Shown here one piece after another: positions 60,004-64,000 of a stretch of 64,000 nt of DNA (positions are counted from its first letter, which is position 1; each line of letters starts with the position of its first letter). The notes under the pieces are model-generated. The model was not told where the DNA came from and searched no databases. It saw only the letters and a list, made by a program, of their open reading frames with translations. The translations under genes and the position numbers were made by a program. The stretch is from the NCBI GenBank assembly GCA_030429545.1, contig JAUIFF010000001.1, positions 83,599 to 147,598 of the forward strand, read 5' to 3'. The DNA is from Polyangia bacterium. Its GTDB lineage: Bacteria; Myxococcota_A; Polyangia; Nannocystales; Nannocystaceae.

Positions 60004-61410
60004 TCACATACTAGCCGGCAAGCGGCGACGAACGGTTGCCATCACCGGCCCGCGCGGGCGAAGTGTGACCCGACCTTGCAGCGGGATGTCTCGCAGCTTG
60101 GCTTCGGGCTCAAACCGCAGGTTTTGGGCCAGGGTCGCCAACACCAAAATGGCTTCCATGCGCGCAAAGTGGTTGCCAATACAAATACGTGCACCGCCGC
60201 CAAACGGGAAGTAGGCAAACCGTGGGAGCTGTTGCTCCAATCCGTCGAACCAGCGACCCGGGTCAAACGTTTCGGGGTGGGGAAACCACCGAGGGTCACG
60301 CTGGGTATGTAGCTGGGCGAAATACAACTGGGCACCCTTGGGGATCGGGACGCCGGCGACTTCGCAATCTCGCAGCGCTTCGCGGCCGATCGCCCAGGCC
60401 GGCGGATACAGCCGCATGGTCTCGAGCACAACGGCCTCGGTGTAGCGCAGTTGGGGAAGGGTCTCCAACGTAGGTGGCTCGCCCGCGAGAACATTGTCGA
60501 GCTCGGCGACCAACTGTGCATATACACCAGGGTGTTCGGCCAGGAGGATAAAGGCAAACGTGAGGGCGAGGGCAGTGGTTTCGTGGCCCGCCGAAAACAT
60601 CGTCACCGCCTCGTCCCGCAGTTGGCCGATTTCCATGGGCTTGCCGTCCTCGTCCCGGGCAGCGAGCAGGCGTGACAGGAGGTCGTCGCCGAGGTTTTGC
60701 CGACGTCGCTCGATCATGGCATCGACGGTCCCGCGCAGACGGTCCCGCGCCTGCATAAACTCGCGTGTCATCGGAATAACCCCGCCGAGCATCGACCGTA
60801 GATAGGCGCGGTTGGAGGCCTGGAGTTGTTCGATCGCCGTCCCGATAGCCTCGGTAATTTCCTCACCGCCGTCACCTAGATCGAGGTCAAATAGGGTTTT
60901 CACGACGATCTCGAGGGTGAGCTGCATCATCACCGCGTGGATGTCGACCCGCGAGCTGTCGCCTAGGTCAGCCTGGATTTTTGATGCAAATGCAACCATT
61001 TGGGAGGCATAGTTGGCGATCTGTCCACGCCGCAGCGGCGGGGCAGCGAGTTTGCGTTGACGTCGCCAAAAGTTGCCTTCGCTCACCAGCAACCCATTGC
61101 CGAGAACCTCCGAGAGCATCCGCGTGGATGCGTCTTTGATAAACCCATCGGCGCGGGTGAGCAGAACTTCCTCGATCGCGGATGGTTGGTAAAATATGTA
61201 ACAGGGGACAGGTCCAAAGTAGAACATCACGACGTCGCCATAGCGGCGACAGTCGGCAAAGAAGTCGAGTTCGCTGCCGACCATACGCGAGATGTTTGAG
61301 AGTGGTCCCCGCGGGCCCGGTGGGTGCTGTCCACTGATTGCTGGGCGCAGTAGGGGAGGGCAGCGCTCGGCGATTCGCTGGCGAACGCGTTGAAGGCGGG
61401 CACGCAACAT
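60004..61410 (-). CDS. cytochrome P450
   Basis: Heme-binding loop FGGGARICIG, EXXR (ETMR), PERF-like region. 468 aa. Confidence 0.9.
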   Translation of the reverse strand: MLRARLQRVRQRIAERCPPLLRPAISGQHPPGPRGPLSNISRMVGSELDFFADCRRYGDVVMFYFGPVPCYIFYQPSAIEEVLLTRADGFIKDASTRMLSEVLGNGLLVSEGNFWRRQRKLAAPPLRRGQIANYASQMVAFASKIQADLGDSSRVDIHAVMMQLTLEIVVKTLFDLDLGDGGEEITEAIGTAIEQLQASNRAYLRSMLGGVIPMTREFMQARDRLRGTVDAMIERRRQNLGDDLLSRLLAARDEDGKPMEIGQLRDEAVTMFSAGHETTALALTFAFILLAEHPGVYAQLVAELDNVLAGEPPTLETLPQLRYTEAVVLETMRLYPPAWAIGREALRDCEVAGVPIPKGAQLYFAQLHTQRDPRWFPHPETFDPGRWFDGLEQQLPRFAYFPFGGGARICIGNHFARMEAILVLATLAQNLRFEPEAKLRDIPLQGRVTLRPRGPVMATVRRRLPASM

Positions 61411-61561
61411 GTTCCGATCTAATCACGATTTGGAGGTGTTGCCCATGCCTGCGACCAGATGTCGGAGCCGGCATGTCTGGGTGCGTGCATAAACACCTAT
61501 TTTACGAAACCTGGGTCGTCCCGCGGCGGGTCGCTCATGTTGTGTGTACAACGAGGTTCGA

Positions 61562-62590
61562 CTAGGCCGGTACCGGCACAAACTCGTCCCAGCCGTTGCG
61601 TCGCAGGTAGTTGCCCCACACGCCCTCGCACACGGGGTTGTAGCGACAGCTGTCGCACTCTGGCCGCTTGCGGCGCTGGTTGTCATCGAGGTCGCCGCGG
61701 CGAATTTGGACGAGCTCACCACTTTGTCCGGCTGCTCGCGACTGCGGGTCGACATCCTGCAAGAGGGCTGCATTGACCTCGTTGGGCGGCTCAAAGTGGA
61801 CGTAGTCCTCGACGTAACCGCGGTTGAAGTCGGGAATGCCGGTGGTCGTACAAAGCGGGATGTCGACCAAAAACGCCATGACCTCGTGTTCGCGCTGGTA
61901 CTGCTCTTGAAAGAAGGTGCGCGCCTGGTCGGCGATTTCGGTGTAGCTCGGGAACAGCTGCTCGAAGTAGGTGTTGGCCCGGCCGTTGGCCTGCATCACG
62001 TTAAACACAACCTGGTCAACACCATGCATACGCAAGAATCGGTAAATCTCACCCATGTAGGGGAGGTTGCGTTTAGTGATCACCGTGCTGGTGTGGAGGG
62101 TGACGCCGTAGGGCTTGAGGCTGGTGACCATGTCGAGCCCAGCCACGGTTTGGGCAAAGCTCTTGGGCGTGCGTGTGAGGCCCTCGTGGAGCTTTTTGGT
62201 GTGCCCGTGAATCGAGATGTAAAACCGATTCATCCCGCGGGCGACAAGCATCTTGGCGTAGCGCTCGTAGCTCAGCGCGCGACCATTGGTCATCATGCTG
62301 ACCATACGAGCGCCCGCAGTCTTGGCCATCCGCACCCAATGCGGTAACCGAGGATTGGTCGTGGGCTCGCCGGAGGTGAAGCAGACTTCTTCGAACGCGT
62401 TGTGCTGGCGCAGAATCCAGGCGACAGACTCGTCGGTCGTGGCGGAGTTGGTGACGTAGCGAGCGTCACGGTCCTCCTCCATACAGAAGATGCAGTTGTT
62501 ATTACAAATCGCGCCCGTCAGGATATGAACCCGAGGGGCGCGGTTTGTGATCCGCTGCTCGATGGACTCCGGTTGCAACGGGTACTCCAC
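61562..62590 (-). CDS. radical SAM/SPASM-domain maturase (HxsB/HxsC-like)
   Basis: CNNNCIFC cluster and C-terminal Cys-rich CDSCRYNPVCEGVW. GTG start 21 nt after the HGS-repeat peptide gene. Confidence 0.8.
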   Translation of the reverse strand: MEYPLQPESIEQRITNRAPRVHILTGAICNNNCIFCMEEDRDARYVTNSATTDESVAWILRQHNAFEEVCFTSGEPTTNPRLPHWVRMAKTAGARMVSMMTNGRALSYERYAKMLVARGMNRFYISIHGHTKKLHEGLTRTPKSFAQTVAGLDMVTSLKPYGVTLHTSTVITKRNLPYMGEIYRFLRMHGVDQVVFNVMQANGRANTYFEQLFPSYTEIADQARTFFQEQYQREHEVMAFLVDIPLCTTTGIPDFNRGYVEDYVHFEPPNEVNAALLQDVDPQSRAAGQSGELVQIRRGDLDDNQRRKRPECDSCRYNPVCEGVWGNYLRRNGWDEFVPVPA

Positions 62591-62611
62591 AGGGGGATTT
62601 TAACCCACCTG

Positions 62612-62968
62612 CTACCAGGATCCGTGAGAACCGTGGGAGCCGTGGGAGCCGTGGGAGCCGTGGGAGCCGTGGGAACCGTGGGAGCCGTGAGACCCGTGGG
62701 AGCCGTGAGACCCGTGGGAGCCGTGAGACCCGTGAGACCCGTGAGATCCGTGAGACCCGTGAGACCCGTGAGAACCATGCGAACAGTGGCCCGAGTCCCC
62801 AGGCCCTACCATGACCGTGGTCAGTGACATACTCGCCGGCCCAGCATCGGCGTAGAGTCGGGCCTTGTCGGATATTTCCCGCTGGCCCTTGCTCAGCACT
62901 GGTCCCTTGCGGGTGAACGTCGGGAGAGCGTTCAGATCGTCGGTTGCCTTTCCATCACTCTTCGCCAT
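62612..62968 (-). CDS. His-Gly-Ser repeat precursor peptide (HxsA-like; ~60-aa leader + (HGS)x18)
   Basis: MAKSDGKATDDLNALPTFTRKGPVLSKGQREISDKARLYADAGPASMSLTTVMVGPGDSGHCSHGSHGSH...GSW. Encoded by 9-bp tandem repeats (GGCTCCCAC on the coding strand). GAGGA RBS 7 nt upstream. Confidence 0.7.
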   Translation of the reverse strand: MAKSDGKATDDLNALPTFTRKGPVLSKGQREISDKARLYADAGPASMSLTTVMVGPGDSGHCSHGSHGSHGSHGSHGSHGSHGSHGSHGSHGSHGSHGSHGSHGSHGSHGSHGSHGSW

Positions 62969-63386
62969 AACTCAGTCCTCTGTCCGCGCCGTAATCGCCA
63001 CGCATCCTACCACGGAGCTGTCCAGTGTGAAATCCCGGACAAACCGGCGTTCGTCACGGAACAAGGGTCGTTTTCGACAGTTGCGGCGGGACGACTCTCC
63101 TCAGATAACGCCTGAGATGGGTCTGAGAGCATATTTTCAGGAGAAAGGGCCACTTTCGGTCACTACCCGATGACTGCTCGCCGGAAGATCTAGAAAGGAA
63201 ATTCGCCCAATTGGAGATCCGTAAGGATGCGCCGTTGCCCGCGCCTAGGGGGCACGGACGTGTGTTGGCGAGCGAGTGCACCCGGTCGTCCCCTCCGCTC
63301 GCGGATGCTCACCAACCTAATCAACCCGTTGCGGCCGAGACCAACAACGGGTTGCATGTACAAACGATTGCGCTGCTCTGCGTGAC

Positions 63387-64000
63387 CTACGAGGCTGCGT
63401 TGGCGGGCTCGCTGTCCTGGACGAAGTGTTCGCGCGCACGAATCGTCGTCCATTTCTCGAAAATATCGAGTAGCTCCTGATCGGCGGTGGCAATTTTTTC
63501 AAACAGGAAATCCTGGATTCCCTTGTGCACCGCACACACGTTGTTTTCTCGCATGCGGCCAAAAATGCTGCCCTGGGCCTTGTGATTGGTGGCCGAAATG
63601 GTGCCGCAGTAGGGGTTGTAGGCACAGTTCACGCAGTCGGGTTGGGAGTCGAGGTTCGAGGCCAACACCATCGCCCGCACGGTTTCGTGGCCGACGAGCT
63701 CGCGGTAGGTGTGGGTATCGACATGTCCCAAGTGAAAGGTGTCCTCACCCATGGCGTACAGCATGCGCCCCTCGTCGCAGGTAAAAACCTTGCCGTCGAA
63801 GCTGTAGGCGAGCTGGCCAACACCGGCACCGGCCGGGCTGCGCAGGTCGAGGAAGTTGGGGTCCTGACCCTGCAAAATTTTGGTGAGGAAGATGCCGGCA
63901 AACCGCTCTAAGACCTCGACACCCTGGCGGTTGAGCTCGATCATGTAGTTGACCGCGTTGCGGTAGAACTCGAGGTATGCGCTGCGTGGGTATTCGATTT
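63387..64000 (-). CDS. second radical SAM/SPASM-domain protein (3' part; gene continues beyond the window end)
   Basis: SPASM-like motifs CVNCAYNPYCG and CAVHKG. Reading frame stays open upstream of the listed Met to the window edge. Confidence 0.65.
   Translation of the reverse strand, partial: IEYPRSAYLEFYRNAVNYMIELNRQGVEVLERFAGIFLTKILQGQDPNFLDLRSPAGAGVGQLAYSFDGKVFTCDEGRMLYAMGEDTFHLGHVDTHTYRELVGHETVRAMVLASNLDSQPDCVNCAYNPYCGTISATNHKAQGSIFGRMRENNVCAVHKGIQDFLFEKIATADQELLDIFEKWTTIRAREHFVQDSEPANAAS

Noticed and set aside
63054-63281. 75-aa ORF between the rSAM gene and the HGS peptide gene (possible HxsD-like)
   Set aside because: Poor GC3 bias in its second half and no LLNDY-type motif. The region more likely carries the precursor promoter and leader.

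Overview
This is a 64 kb high-GC (~67%) chromosomal segment with myxobacterial character. The cues are Cys-rich 'CGDGxC' repeat lipoproteins, a DUF2378-like ORF, many Ser/Thr kinases, and acidic T/S/D-rich secreted linkers. I placed about 50 CDSs, no rRNA or tRNA, and no CRISPR array.

Housekeeping genes: an ABC-F ATPase, glutamine-dependent NAD synthetase (nadE) next to a PRPP-synthetase-like gene, soluble transhydrogenase (sthA), an HU/IHF-family gene, a GST, a TPP enzyme, and FabH.

Accessory content:
- A His-Gly-Ser-repeat precursor peptide ((HGS)x18) flanked by two radical SAM/SPASM enzymes, with a cytochrome P450 downstream (60.0-64.0 kb, minus strand, running off the window). This is a His-Xaa-Ser-type RiPP-like system.
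- A membrane-anchored Ser/Thr kinase translationally coupled to a fused tandem double radical SAM/SPASM protein, next to an RCK-gated K+ channel (47.3-53.0 kb).
- Two paralogous ~230-nt structured non-coding elements (20.63 and 23.92 kb) with conserved flanks and loop but a hypervariable helix carrying compensatory changes. One sits upstream of the HU gene. The other is followed by an intrinsic terminator and a ~1.1 kb G/T-rich degenerate minisatellite.
- A lipid-modification operon (PlsC-like acyltransferase, membrane desaturase, GNAT N-acyltransferase, translationally coupled) beside a neutral-ceramidase-like lipoprotein.
- An FNR-type reductase, MerR regulator and diiron protein cluster with a palindromic operator.
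- A strongly over-represented AT-rich palindromic decamer, TGYANNTRCA, scattered in coding and intergenic DNA.

Several listed ORFs are antisense or repeat-derived artefacts and are rejected below. Coordinates of internal start codons were derived by hand from the ORF track and may be off by a codon.
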